Under the pieces are notes generated by a model that worked only from the letters and a program-made list of their open reading frames with translations, was not told where the DNA came from and searched no databases. This document shows, in pieces, positions 45,755 to 55,595 of a stretch of 62,454 bases of DNA (the stretch's first letter is position 1; every line of letters begins with the position of its first letter). The stretch is from Candidatus Doudnabacteria bacterium. Its GTDB lineage: Bacteria > Patescibacteriota > Doudnabacteria > UBA920. Where the stretch lies: positions 1-62,454 of the forward strand of contig JARLHZ010000030.1 of assembly GCA_031291995.1 (NCBI GenBank), read 5' to 3'. The translations under genes were made by a program, and so were the position numbers.

Positions 45755-46357
45755 TCAAAAGCTTTTGGCAATTCTTAGCTGGCGTCTCCGGTTGGAAATC
45801 ATAGACGCATAACTTATGTCTATAAAAGTTACCCATACAGGATACATGAGAGACACCAGGGAGAACGAGCTGTACGAAGGGAAAGAAAATATATATTCAA
45901 ACCCAGAAATATAATAAGCTAAAGCCGAATCTTCGTGAGGTTTGTTAAAAGATTTACGGAAACTGGGAATGAAAGCGAATAAGTCAATAAAGCAAGAAAG
46001 TGTTACCGAATAAATAGGATGCTTGGTTAAGAGCCATAGGATTATCGACAGAATGCCTAAGACTAAGCAAATTATATCTTTTTTATCGTGTTCCGTATGC
46101 CCTTTAGCCAGACAGGCCAGGAAAATTATAATGCAAGCAAAAAAATTGGTTGCTAAAAGTGTAGCGGCAATTCCAACGCCCGAAACGATTTGCGCGGAAA
46201 AGTTAATTCCCAGAATAATTGACCAAACCAAAAAAGTAAAAGAATGGGGTTTAACTTTATTTGCAGCAATTGAGTATAAATAAATTAAAGTCGACGTAAG
46301 GTTGGAACCGACCGCTAGAAAGAGTAAGATTTTTGCAAAAGGCATAGATGTTATCAA
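45755..46357 (-). CDS. Hypothetical polytopic membrane protein
   Basis: 200 aa with about 6 TM segments, embedded in the polyamine cluster. Confidence 0.5.
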   Translation of the reverse strand: MITSMPFAKILLFLAVGSNLTSTLIYLYSIAANKVKPHSFTFLVWSIILGINFSAQIVSGVGIAATLLATNFFACIIIFLACLAKGHTEHDKKDIICLVLGILSIILWLLTKHPIYSVTLSCFIDLFAFIPSFRKSFNKPHEDSALAYYISGFEYIFSFPSYSSFSLVSLMYPVWVTFIDISYASMISNRRRQLRIAKSF

Positions 46358-46360
46358 TAT

Positions 46361-47449
46361 CTAACTCGGCTGCTGCTGGGTCATGCAGTGAATGGTGCCG
46401 CCCCCGTAAATAATGTTGCCGCAGTTTATGCCGATTGTCTCGCGGCCGGGGAAACAGGATTGAAGCGTTTGCAGGGCGGAGGAGTCATTTTGGTCGCTGA
46501 ATACGGGGACCAAAATTACCTTATTTCCAATGTAAAAATTCGCGAACGAGACCGCGGCTTTTTCCGGTTCCCCCCTTTGTAGCTTGGATGCTGAATCTGT
46601 CGCTGAATGGACGGTGTGCCCTTTCTCGTACCACATATGTGGCATGGGCAATTTTATAATTTCAAAGGGATTTCCGTCTTGGTCCGTTGAATTTTTTAAT
46701 ATCTCGAAATTGTCTTTTAGGCTGCTGTAGTTTTCATCTGTCTCGTTATTTTCGTAAGCGCAAACTATTTTATTAGGTGCCACAAACCTGGCAATATCAT
46801 CAATATGCCCATCGGTATGGTCATTAGCTAAACCTCTTTTTAGCCAGATAATTTTGCTGACCCCAAGAAAATCTTTAAGGTATTGCTCTATTTGAGTCTT
46901 ATTTAAATTGGGATTGCGATTGGGGTTTAGTAAACATTGTTCCGTAGTCAACAAAGTGCCTTGGCCGTTAACATCAACCGCCCCGCCTTCCAGGACTATC
47001 CCAGGTTCAAATTTTTTTCCCGGCAACGCGATTTTATTAAACACATCGTTGTCTTTTGCCAGGGGCGTCCAATAAATGGGGTCGTCATTGGCTTTTCCAT
47101 AAACGTTATATTGCCATTTGGTCCAGACATCCTTTTTTAAGAAGATAGGGGCATAATCCCGGGTCCAAACATCGGTGTACACTACCCGATGGAAATTGAC
47201 GTTGGCTAAATCAACGCCGGAATTTTTTAGCATTTCTTCCGCCCGGCTTTGCATGATGTTATCCAAAACAATCAATTCCACTTTTTCACTGCCCTCCATG
47301 GCTTTGATAATATCGCAAAAAGTTTTTTCAGCCTTGTTTATTCCCTGGGTAAAGGTGGTTATATCGTGCGGCCACGCCAGCCAAACCGCGGAATGCAGTT
47401 CCCATTCCGCGGGCATGTGGAAGCCTAGTTGTTTTGGTGTATCCGTCAT
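46361..47449 (-). CDS. aguA: Agmatine deiminase
   Basis: HMPAEWELHSAVWLAWPH, EGGAVDVNGQGTLLTTEQCLLNPNRNP and GGTIHCMTQQQP. ATG at 47449 avoids overlap with the HAD gene. Confidence 0.85.
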   Translation of the reverse strand: MTDTPKQLGFHMPAEWELHSAVWLAWPHDITTFTQGINKAEKTFCDIIKAMEGSEKVELIVLDNIMQSRAEEMLKNSGVDLANVNFHRVVYTDVWTRDYAPIFLKKDVWTKWQYNVYGKANDDPIYWTPLAKDNDVFNKIALPGKKFEPGIVLEGGAVDVNGQGTLLTTEQCLLNPNRNPNLNKTQIEQYLKDFLGVSKIIWLKRGLANDHTDGHIDDIARFVAPNKIVCAYENNETDENYSSLKDNFEILKNSTDQDGNPFEIIKLPMPHMWYEKGHTVHSATDSASKLQRGEPEKAAVSFANFYIGNKVILVPVFSDQNDSSALQTLQSCFPGRETIGINCGNIIYGGGTIHCMTQQQPS

Positions 47450-47486
47450 ATATGTCCAATAGGCCCTATCCGTCCTATTTGTCTTT

Positions 47487-48128
47487 TTAAAATTGTTCCA
47501 ACTTAATCTCCTCAAACGAATCCACAATCTGGTCGGCTTCCGTAAGCATTTCTTTGCCATGCGTGGTCGTCAATGCCGCGCATTTCATTCCCGCGCTTTT
47601 GGCGGCTTTGATGCCGTTGACCGCGTCTTCAATGACCAGGCAATGTTCCGGCAGAGTAATTAGCATTTTGGCTGCATATAGGAAAATATCAGGGAGTGGT
47701 TTAGAAACATGGTTTACGTCTTTAAGAAAGTAAATATGACCTTCAAAAAGCTTGTCTAAACTTAACTGCTGCTCCGCAATAGCAAAAAAATCCACATGTG
47801 AGGATGTTGCAATGGCGGTTTTTAGTCCGAGGAGTTTAAGCCGGTCAAAAAAATTTAAAAAACCTGGAATGAAATCTATTTTTACATAAAGGTTCTTGAT
47901 TATATTCATCCTTTGTTTGAGCAGATCGGCGTGGCTGCCCTTAAGTCCAAATTTGTTCTGTAAGACCTTAACACCGTTTTCTAAAGAAAGCCCGGTCAAC
48001 AGGAGGTCTATTTCTTTTTGATTGGCGGAAATGCCGTGGCTGGTCAAAAAAATTTGATCTGCCTTGGAATAAATCGGCGAGGTATTTATTACTACCCCGT
48101 CAGCGTCAAAAATAATGGCTTTGATCAT
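47487..48128 (-). CDS. HAD-superfamily hydrolase (beta-phosphoglucomutase-like)
   Basis: IIFDADGVVINT and IEDAVNGIKAAKSAGM. Confidence 0.75.
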   Translation of the reverse strand: MIKAIIFDADGVVINTSPIYSKADQIFLTSHGISANQKEIDLLLTGLSLENGVKVLQNKFGLKGSHADLLKQRMNIIKNLYVKIDFIPGFLNFFDRLKLLGLKTAIATSSHVDFFAIAEQQLSLDKLFEGHIYFLKDVNHVSKPLPDIFLYAAKMLITLPEHCLVIEDAVNGIKAAKSAGMKCAALTTTHGKEMLTEADQIVDSFEEIKLEQF

Positions 48129-48179
48129 AGACTCTTGCCGGTATCTCCCATACTCCAGTGTATGGGAGATAGTTAATAT

Positions 48180-49112
48180 TTATGATTTTTCTAGGGCTTT
48201 CTGTTCGTCTCTATAGTGGGTGACATTCTGGAGTTTTTTGGATTTGCTGACAAGTTTGCCGGAAGTTAAAATTTTATAGGTATCCGGCCGCCGGTTGCGC
48301 AAGAAGCCCCAGCCATCGGAAATAAATTTATTTATAGCCAAGTCCAGTTTTGCCGTTAGGATTTCTTCCCGGGCGGCTCCGGCGCGTTTTATAACCTTGC
48401 CAAAGGCATCACAAATAAAAGATTGACCCCAAAATTCGGTATGGCCTTCCCGCCCCACGCGGTTTACCGCGGCGACCGGCAGGCTGTTGGCAATGGCGTG
48501 GCCGCGCATTACCGTTTCCCAGGCGTTCTGCCAGTGCCCTTCGGGAGGAACATAGCCTGCAATATTGCCAATGGCCGTCGGGTAAAAAATTATTTCCGCG
48601 CCCATTAGTCTGGCCGCGCGCGCGGCTTCGGGGAACCATTGATCGTAGCAAATTAGCACGGCAAAAGTGGCAAGCTTGGTCTTAAAAATTTTATACCCGT
48701 CGCGTCCCTGCTCAAAATAATCTTTTTCGTAAAAACCGGGGTCGTGCGGAATATGGACTTTGTGATAAGCTCCCAGCTGTTTGCCCTTATTGTCAAAAAC
48801 TACGGCGGTGTTAAAATATTTGCCGCCCTTTGTTTTTTCGTAAAATGGGACAATCAGAACTACGCCCAGCTCTTTGGCCAAATCGCGCATCCGGCTTGTT
48901 GTGTGTCCGCCTAACATTTCAGAATATTTATTTTTGTCCACGCCTTGCTTTTGGGGGATATAGGGGATGTTAAACAATTCCTGCAAGCAAATAATCTGCG
49001 CGCCTTTATTGGCGGCTTGTCGGATCATTTTTTCAGCCTTGGCCAAATTTGCCTCAACGTTTTCCGAGACCTTGCTTTGTATAAGGCCAATGGTCACAAT
49101 TTTTTGCTTCAT
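48180..49112 (-). CDS. aguB: N-carbamoylputrescine amidase (carbon-nitrogen hydrolase)
   Basis: ICLQELF and VLICYDQWFPEAAR (catalytic Cys). Adjacent to aguA. Confidence 0.75.
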   Translation of the reverse strand: MKQKIVTIGLIQSKVSENVEANLAKAEKMIRQAANKGAQIICLQELFNIPYIPQKQGVDKNKYSEMLGGHTTSRMRDLAKELGVVLIVPFYEKTKGGKYFNTAVVFDNKGKQLGAYHKVHIPHDPGFYEKDYFEQGRDGYKIFKTKLATFAVLICYDQWFPEAARAARLMGAEIIFYPTAIGNIAGYVPPEGHWQNAWETVMRGHAIANSLPVAAVNRVGREGHTEFWGQSFICDAFGKVIKRAGAAREEILTAKLDLAINKFISDGWGFLRNRRPDTYKILTSGKLVSKSKKLQNVTHYRDEQKALEKS

Positions 49113-49217
49113 TTCAACTAAATTTAAGTGTAAATCCCCATAATTGTACAAGGAATGGAACTTTTTGGCAATCATAAACCAATGGAATTTAATTGTTAAA
49201 ATTGCTATCATGAACAT

Positions 49218-50561
49218 ATGGGAAAATGGAAAAAAGTTTTCACGGTTATTGCCATCGGCGCGTATTTAAGCGCCGGCTTTTATCCTGGATATATTTTGGC
49301 CCAAACGCCGGCCGGTCTGACTATCCCCGAACAGGATCAATTGCAGCAGCAGTTGGCGCAAATCCAGGCGCAAATAGCGGATTACCAGCAGCAGCTCAAG
49401 GGCGTCCAGTCGCAAAAAAATACCCTGCAAAATAAAATCAACCAGCTCAAAAAACAACAGGCGGTGCTGCAGCTGCAAATCCAGGCCACGACCCTTCAGG
49501 TCGCCCAACTCTCCGGACAAATCGCCAGCACCACTAATTCCATCATCCAAAATAACACCGAGGCCGACGCGTTGCGCGAGCAGATTTCCGCCACCATGCG
49601 CGCCATCAACGAAAACGACGGTTACCCGGTGCTGTATTCGGTGGTCAGCCAAAACAAACTTTCCGATGTCTTTACCACGTACCAGGATTTCTCGCGGGTA
49701 TCCGAAGGGCTGAGCGGGCTGGTTGACCAAATCAATCAAAACAACCAGCAGCTGGCCGCGGAGCAGCAGCAGCTTCAATCTCAGCAGTCGGACGCGCAAA
49801 ATTTACTGTCCGTCAGCGCCTTACAACAGTCCCAATTGGCCGATACCATGGGTCAGCAAAGCACTTTGCTTTCCGATACAAAAGGCAAAGAGGCCAATTA
49901 CCAGAGCATTATCAGCGACACCAAGGCGCAGGCCGCGGCCATTCAAAGCCGTTTATACCAGCTCCTCGGCGTCAGCAGCCAAATTACTTTTGGCCAGGCC
50001 CTGCAAATCGCGCAGTGGGCGCACGGCGCCACCGGCATTGACCCGGCATTTTTACTGGCCGTCCTTACGCAGGAATCCAACCTCGGCAAAAATGTTGGTA
50101 CCTGTAATCGTCCCGGCGACCCGCCGAGCAAGAGTTATAAAGTGGTTATGAACCCGACTCGCGACATCCCGCCGTTTTTGCAAATTACCGCGGCTCTCGG
50201 CAATGACCCCAACATAACTCCCGTGTCCTGCCCCATGCACAACAAAGACGGCAGTCAGCTGGGTTGGGGCGGAGCCATGGGTCCGGCGCAGTTTATTCCG
50301 TCCACTTGGGTGGGGTATCAGGATAAAGTTGCTCAACTTACCGGGCACAATCCCGCCAATCCCTGGGATATTCGCGACGCCTTTGCCGCCGCGGCCATTA
50401 AACTGACTTCCAACGGAGCCGACGGGACCTATCAGGGAGATTGGGACGCCGCCATGCGATACTTTAGCGGTTCCACAAATGCCAAGTACAGTTTTTATGG
50501 CGATAGCGTCATGTCGCAAACAGCCAAATACAAGAGCGACATCAGCCAGCTGGGAAGCTAA
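49218..50561 (+). CDS. Secreted coiled-coil protein with C-terminal lytic transglycosylase (SLT_2/MltB-like) domain
   Basis: Signal peptide, Q-rich coiled coil, LTQESNLGKNVGTC and GAMGPAQFIPSTW. Confidence 0.65.
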   Translation: MGKWKKVFTVIAIGAYLSAGFYPGYILAQTPAGLTIPEQDQLQQQLAQIQAQIADYQQQLKGVQSQKNTLQNKINQLKKQQAVLQLQIQATTLQVAQLSGQIASTTNSIIQNNTEADALREQISATMRAINENDGYPVLYSVVSQNKLSDVFTTYQDFSRVSEGLSGLVDQINQNNQQLAAEQQQLQSQQSDAQNLLSVSALQQSQLADTMGQQSTLLSDTKGKEANYQSIISDTKAQAAAIQSRLYQLLGVSSQITFGQALQIAQWAHGATGIDPAFLLAVLTQESNLGKNVGTCNRPGDPPSKSYKVVMNPTRDIPPFLQITAALGNDPNITPVSCPMHNKDGSQLGWGGAMGPAQFIPSTWVGYQDKVAQLTGHNPANPWDIRDAFAAAAIKLTSNGADGTYQGDWDAAMRYFSGSTNAKYSFYGDSVMSQTAKYKSDISQLGS

Positions 50562-50665
50562 AATTTTAATACCCGCTGATTTATATCTTTGAGCCAAAGT
50601 AGGGCGGCCGGATTAAAATTTGTTTCGCCGTTGCGCGACGCTTTATAATATTGTGATTATAATCA

Positions 50666-50703
50666 ATATCAGCAAAATTGACGGCCGTCTATTTTGCTGA
50701 TAT
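50666..50703. repeat. 13-bp perfect inverted repeat with a 12-nt loop
   Basis: atatcagcaaaat-tgacggccgtct-attttgctgatat. aaattgacggccg recurs at 50710-50722. Confidence 0.8.
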
Positions 50704-50725
50704 TGCGCCAAATTGACGGCCGCGC

Positions 50726-50754
50726 TTGACAACGCAACTTAGTTGCGTTAATAT
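50726..50754 (+). promoter_or_regulatory. Promoter TTGACA-N17-TAATAT whose spacer is an 8-3-8 palindrome (candidate Zur/Fur box)
   Basis: aacgcaac-tta-gttgcgtt at 50731-50749. Confidence 0.6.
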
Positions 50755-50760
50755 TTTGTT

Positions 50761-51177
50761 ATGGAACAAATTATCGGCAATTTAAAAAACCTCGGCGCGC
50801 GGATAACTAAAACGCGCTTTGGTTTGTTGGATATTTTTACAAAGCACAATTTACCTCTTGCGGAGCCTGACATTCGGCGTTTGCTTAATCAGCAGGGTAA
50901 ACCGGTTAACAAGACCACAATATATAGGGAACTGGAAGCCTTAAAAGGTTATGGCGTGGTCACGCAGGTGGATTTTGGCGACGGCAAAATCAGGTACGAA
51001 TTGGCTCAGCGCCGCCATCATCACCATTTGGTCTGCGTTGATTGCCGCAAAGTGGAAGATGTGGAAATTAATCACGATTTTTCCACAGTCGAAAAAGCGA
51101 CCTTAAAAAATAACCGGTTTAAAATTACCAGGCATTCGCTGGAATTTTTCGGCCTCTGCCAAAAGTGCCAAAAATAA
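50761..51177 (+). CDS. Fur-family metalloregulator (Zur-like)
   Basis: HHHHLVCVDCRKVEDV ... CQKCQ. Confidence 0.8.
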   Translation: MEQIIGNLKNLGARITKTRFGLLDIFTKHNLPLAEPDIRRLLNQQGKPVNKTTIYRELEALKGYGVVTQVDFGDGKIRYELAQRRHHHHLVCVDCRKVEDVEINHDFSTVEKATLKNNRFKITRHSLEFFGLCQKCQK

Positions 51178-51190
51178 TTAATGGAATTTT

Positions 51191-51916
51191 ATGGAAGTTA
51201 TTGCCTTAACCATTGCCACGTTTTTTTCCACCATCTTCGGCGGGCTGGTGGCGGTTAAATATAAAAGCAAGCTGCATTTAATTATGGGTTTTACCGCCGG
51301 CGTCCTTTTGGGCGTGGTGAGTTTTGATATTTTTCCGGAAATAATCACCCGGGTGGCGGAGGGCGGCTATAAGCCGATTGAGCCAATGATAGCGCTGGTG
51401 GCCGGCTTCCTGATTTTTCATATTTTGGAAAAAGTCATTGTCATCCACCACGGGCACGAAGGGGATTACGCGGAACACAAGCACCCGCATGTCGGCATTT
51501 TGTCGGCTCTGGCGCTGGCCGGCCACAGTTTTATGGACGGCGTGGGCATTGGCCTGGGCTTCCAGGTTAACCCGGCCGTGGGCCTTTTGGTTGCCGTGGC
51601 GGTTATTTCCCACGATTTTACCGACGGCATGAACACCGTAACTTTAATGCTCACCAATCACAACAGTGACAAAAAATCCAAAATGTTCCTGCTTCTCGAT
51701 GCCATAACGCCGATTTTTGGAGCGCTGTCGACGCTGTTATTTACGGTTTCATCGCATTTTCTTATTTTATATCTCGGGTTTTTCGCCGGATTCTTGCTTT
51801 ACATCGGCGTCAGCGACATATTGCCCGAAGCCCACAGCAAGCATAGTTCCTTCCAGTTAATCGGCCTAACCCTGCTTGGCGTAGTTTTGATATTTTTTAT
51901 TTCCAGGGTCGCCTAA
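51191..51916 (+). CDS. ZIP-family zinc transporter (ZupT-like)
   Basis: HSFMDGVGIGLGF and HDFTDG. Confidence 0.8.
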   Translation: MEVIALTIATFFSTIFGGLVAVKYKSKLHLIMGFTAGVLLGVVSFDIFPEIITRVAEGGYKPIEPMIALVAGFLIFHILEKVIVIHHGHEGDYAEHKHPHVGILSALALAGHSFMDGVGIGLGFQVNPAVGLLVAVAVISHDFTDGMNTVTLMLTNHNSDKKSKMFLLLDAITPIFGALSTLLFTVSSHFLILYLGFFAGFLLYIGVSDILPEAHSKHSSFQLIGLTLLGVVLIFFISRVA

Positions 51917-51988
51917 GCCCGGGTGCAACTTTTCGGATATTTTTTGCGTATTTACAATTGCCAGCCGTTTTTTGCATAATAAAGCGTT

Positions 51989-52948
51989 ATGAAAAAATTT
52001 CTGCCAATTTTAATAATTGTGGTTATTTTGGCGGCCTCGGATGCCGGGGCAATTTTTTGGTACCAAAAACAGGCTAAAAAGCAGGAGCAAAGCCAAGCAG
52101 CAATAACCACGGCCCTGCAAAAACAAATTTCCGGACTGCAAAGCCAAATTACTTTGTTGGGCAAGCAGAACGCGGCGTCCGCGTTGTCCGCCCAGGAGGC
52201 GGCCAACAGCCGGGCGGTGGTCCAAAAATCCCAGCAGCAGCTGGTTACCGAAGCCGTGGCCAAGGCGGCGCCGGCCGTGGTGTCCATAATTATTTCCCAA
52301 GATGTGCCCCAGTATAAAGTGGTCTACCAAAACCCGTTCGGAGACGATCCGTTTTTCCAAAATGTCGGCATGCAGGTTCCGGTTTATGTGCCGACCGGAC
52401 AAACCAAGTCCCAGGAGGTTGGTGCCGGCAGCGGTTATCTAATAACTTCCGACGGCTATATTATTACGAATAAGCACGTAGTGGCGGATAACGCGGCCAG
52501 TTATACGGTTTTATTGCAGACCGGCAAACAACAGACGGCCAAAGTTATTTATAAAGATCCAAACAATGACTTGGCAATTATTAAAATTAGCGGCAGCAAT
52601 TATCCGACAGTAAGTTTTGACGATTCAAACAGCCTCCAGCTTGGGGAAACCGTTATTGCCATCGGCAACGCGCTGGGGCAATATAATAATTCCGTGTCGC
52701 TCGGCGTCATCTCCGGCTTAAACCGCACTATACAGGCTTCCGATCAAAGCGGCAGTTCGGAAACCTTAAACGGAGTTATTCAGACCGACGCGGCCATAAA
52801 CCCCGGCAACAGCGGGGGACCGCTGCTTGATTTAAACGGCAATGCCGTCGGAATTAACGTGGCCACGGTCCAGGGCTCCAATAACATCAGTTTTTCTATC
52901 CCATCAAACGTAATAAGGAGTATTATTAAAAGTGCGATAAACCGCTAG
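51989..52948 (+). CDS. Membrane-anchored trypsin-like serine protease (S1C, HtrA-like; no PDZ domain seen)
   Basis: TNKHVV, DLAIIKI and GNSGGPLLD catalytic triad context. Confidence 0.8.
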   Translation: MKKFLPILIIVVILAASDAGAIFWYQKQAKKQEQSQAAITTALQKQISGLQSQITLLGKQNAASALSAQEAANSRAVVQKSQQQLVTEAVAKAAPAVVSIIISQDVPQYKVVYQNPFGDDPFFQNVGMQVPVYVPTGQTKSQEVGAGSGYLITSDGYIITNKHVVADNAASYTVLLQTGKQQTAKVIYKDPNNDLAIIKISGSNYPTVSFDDSNSLQLGETVIAIGNALGQYNNSVSLGVISGLNRTIQASDQSGSSETLNGVIQTDAAINPGNSGGPLLDLNGNAVGINVATVQGSNNISFSIPSNVIRSIIKSAINR

Positions 52949-53001
52949 CGCCGACAAAAGCCAAAGAGCACCTTTGCCGTCGATATCATTAGAATCAAAA
53001 A

Positions 53002-53048
53002 CATCGGACTCTTTTACTCGGCCGAGAAAAAGAGTCCGATGTGGTTTT
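53002..53048. terminator. Hairpin terminator between convergent genes
   Basis: catcggactcttt ... aaagagtccgatg followed by tggtttt. Confidence 0.7.
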
Positions 53049-53068
53049 GAGGTTTTACCCGGCTTGAC

Positions 53069-53368
53069 TTACCAGACTTTAAAAATTTCACGGCAGCCGC
53101 CGGTGTACATGTCCTGAAAATTGCCCATTTTGGCCATATCCTTTTTCATGTCTTCGCTGGGGTTCATGTACTCTTCCTGCGTTTTTTCCCAGGCCGCCAG
53201 GCTGTCGTATTTGGAAACCATAATAACGCGGTGATACTGGCCGGTCAGGTCGGTCAATATATGCATAAAATGCGGGCTTTTGGCCATCATGTCTTTAAAT
53301 ATTTTGGCCGCCTTGGAGGCATTGCCCGGCTTGCACACAAAAGTGTCGTGTACGATGATCATAGTCAT
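53069..53368 (-). CDS. Hypothetical small protein (99 aa)
   Basis: ORF with coding-like composition. No motif recognised with confidence. Confidence 0.45.
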   Translation of the reverse strand: MTMIIVHDTFVCKPGNASKAAKIFKDMMAKSPHFMHILTDLTGQYHRVIMVSKYDSLAAWEKTQEEYMNPSEDMKKDMAKMGNFQDMYTGGCREIFKVW

Positions 53369-53469
53369 TCTCCTTTCTTAAATTAATTAATTTCTAATAT
53401 TTTATCACAATTATTTTTTCTCCACCAACATCGCTTCCGTAAATTATGCGGTGTTCCATTTCCGGGAAA

Positions 53470-53934
53470 TTATCCGTTATTAAACGCATTTTCCAATTGT
53501 TTTATATCGAATTTTTTCATTTTTAAAAATGTCCGGGTAACCCTGTCAATCTGTTCCGGGGTACCGGTGCTCATCATGCGGTTCATGGCGGTCGGAACAA
53601 TTTGCCAGGATAGCCCGAATTTATCTTTGCACCAGCCGCACTGTTCGGCTTTAGGGTCCGCCGAAAGTTTTTCCCAGTAATAGTCAATTTCATTTTGGTC
53701 TTCGCAGGGAACCATAAAGGACACCGACTCATTGAATTTAAAAAATGGACCGGCGCTAATAGCCATAAATGCCTGTCCGTTTAGTTCAAAAGACAATATG
53801 TCGCAGTCCCCGGATGGGGTATTTTTAATTACGGACTTATGGGTAATTTTTGAATTTGGAAATACCGATACATAATATTCCGCCGCCACGGCGGCTTCTT
53901 TGTCAAACCAAAGATGCGGGGTAATTTTTTCCAT
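53470..53934 (-). CDS. VOC-superfamily protein (PhnB / 3-demethylubiquinone-9 3-methyltransferase-domain-like)
   Basis: MEKITPHLWFDKEAAVAAEYYVSVFPNSKI ... WCKDKFGLSWQIVP. Confidence 0.7.
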   Translation of the reverse strand: MEKITPHLWFDKEAAVAAEYYVSVFPNSKITHKSVIKNTPSGDCDILSFELNGQAFMAISAGPFFKFNESVSFMVPCEDQNEIDYYWEKLSADPKAEQCGWCKDKFGLSWQIVPTAMNRMMSTGTPEQIDRVTRTFLKMKKFDIKQLENAFNNG

Positions 53935-53943
53935 AAATGTTGC

Positions 53944-54204
53944 TTAATTTTTTAAGACTTGCTTGGCGAGTTTGTCCAAAGTTTCGTTCCAGCCTTGGGT
54001 CATATTTTTTAGCATGTCTCCCTCAATGCCCGAAATATCAGGGTAATAAACGGTCAGTTCGGTTTTGCCTGTCCCGAGCGGAGTCAAGGAGCCGCCTAAA
54101 TCTTCTCCGCCGGAAGCAGATCCGCCTATGGCGGAAAAGCTAATGGTAACTTCGCTTTCTATGGGAAAACTTTCCGGCAAACCATATTTGCTGGCCTGGA
54201 CCAT
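53944..54204 (-). pseudogene. C-terminal half of an SRPBCC/AHSA1-like protein; apparently 5'-truncated
   Basis: ...GKTELTVYY...MTQGWNETLDKLAKQVL is a typical family C-terminus. The expected N-terminal ~60 aa are missing, and the upstream gene stops at 54206. Confidence 0.4.
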
Positions 54205-54205
54205 A

Positions 54206-54814
54206 TTAGGGTTGCCGGCGGGACAGCGGCGTGAGTTGAATCTGCTTTGAAAGGTTATAGGCCGCGGGAAGGTCGCTGTCGTTTTTGACAATCACCCGTC
54301 CAATAACGAGCACGCTGTTGTTCGGCGAAGAAACCTGCTTCATGCCTTGTGGCACGGCCCCTTTCCAGTTCGGCCCCGTAATTAAATAGTCGCCGGCTCC
54401 GGTGCCCGTGGTGCGCTTGCCAACATAGGCGAAATTGATGTTTTTTGACGGATCGGTGAACTGCATGCTGTAATAGCGACCCGCTTCGACTCGCGTCGAG
54501 CGAGGCGAGCCGGCCATGTCCGGCACATGCATTACCTGCGCTTCCTTGTTCAAATCAAGCCAGCCCATTACGTAGAGCGTGTCGCGGTTTACGCCGGTAA
54601 CCGCCAACTTGGAGCCAGTGTAGGACTTGTCCATAGGGTTTGCAAAAAGCGATTGCGGCTCCGTAAAGAGCGTGTTGACCGCTATGGGGCCTTGGCCGAA
54701 CCCTTTGTGCAGGATCGCCCGTTTGTACGCGGACAGCATGAGGCGCGGCCATAAGTAGGTAAAGAGGAAGAATGCCGCTGCGCAGACCCCGCTGAATATG
54801 AGTAGATGTTGCAT
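54206..54814 (-). CDS. DUF1254 domain protein with N-terminal TM helix
   Basis: RYYSMQFTDPSKNINFAYVGKRTTGTGAGDYLITGPNWKG. Confidence 0.6.
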   Translation of the reverse strand: MQHLLIFSGVCAAAFFLFTYLWPRLMLSAYKRAILHKGFGQGPIAVNTLFTEPQSLFANPMDKSYTGSKLAVTGVNRDTLYVMGWLDLNKEAQVMHVPDMAGSPRSTRVEAGRYYSMQFTDPSKNINFAYVGKRTTGTGAGDYLITGPNWKGAVPQGMKQVSSPNNSVLVIGRVIVKNDSDLPAAYNLSKQIQLTPLSRRQP

Positions 54815-54822
54815 AGGTGATA

Positions 54823-55491
54823 TTATTTCGTTTTGACAATCGGCGGCACCGTGTAGGTGCGGTTGAGAATCGCCGCGCCGGGAATGTACACGCGCAGCCA
54901 GAGTATAAAGTTGCCCGATGGCGCGGGAAGCCAATTTGACTCACGGTCTATTGGAACCGTGTTTTGGATATAAATATCAGTAGACCCGTCGGCGTTCGGC
55001 ACAAGGCCGGTCCGATCGCTCACGCTGTATCGGTTAAGAGGATTCGGCACGAAATGATTTTTCGCGTCGCCCATGGTGAGCGACCAGAACGCGTCGTTCG
55101 GCGGGAGCTGTCCTGGCGGGAAGTGCATAATATAGTTCTGCCGTCCGTCGAGCGTATGACCCGTGCCATCGGAGTTCGTGTACCAATACATCGCCTCCTC
55201 CGGCACGTTTATCGGGCCAAGGAATGTCCAGGAGTGCGCGGCCCTAAGGAACATGCCGTTGCCCGGCTCGCCGCATCCGTACATGGTCGTCCAGCCGTTA
55301 ATTTTCGTGCCTTTAATTTTCCCATAGACCTGGGCCATAACAAACGCCAGTCCGACGCCAATAAGGACGCCTTGCAATATATCGCTCCGCAGGGTTCTGG
55401 TACTCAAATCGGTAAAGAAAAACAGGCGGATGAGGAAAGAGGCGCACACCGCACCGACTATTCCCATCAAGTATGTGTAAAATTTGCTCAT
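54823..55491 (-). CDS. DUF1214 domain protein with N-terminal TM helix
   Basis: PPNDAFWSLTMGD...NPLNRYSVSDRTGL...DGSTDIYIQ...NWLPAPSGNFILWLRVYIP. Confidence 0.6.
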   Translation of the reverse strand: MSKFYTYLMGIVGAVCASFLIRLFFFTDLSTRTLRSDILQGVLIGVGLAFVMAQVYGKIKGTKINGWTTMYGCGEPGNGMFLRAAHSWTFLGPINVPEEAMYWYTNSDGTGHTLDGRQNYIMHFPPGQLPPNDAFWSLTMGDAKNHFVPNPLNRYSVSDRTGLVPNADGSTDIYIQNTVPIDRESNWLPAPSGNFILWLRVYIPGAAILNRTYTVPPIVKTK

Positions 55492-55595
55492 GCTGTTATT
55501 GTATCATTTTTGGTTCAGGGGCGTGAGCTTGGCGAGGCCAAAGGACGATGGGAAATCGCTAAATTCCCCAAAAGACAGTCGTCCGGGGTAATTTT

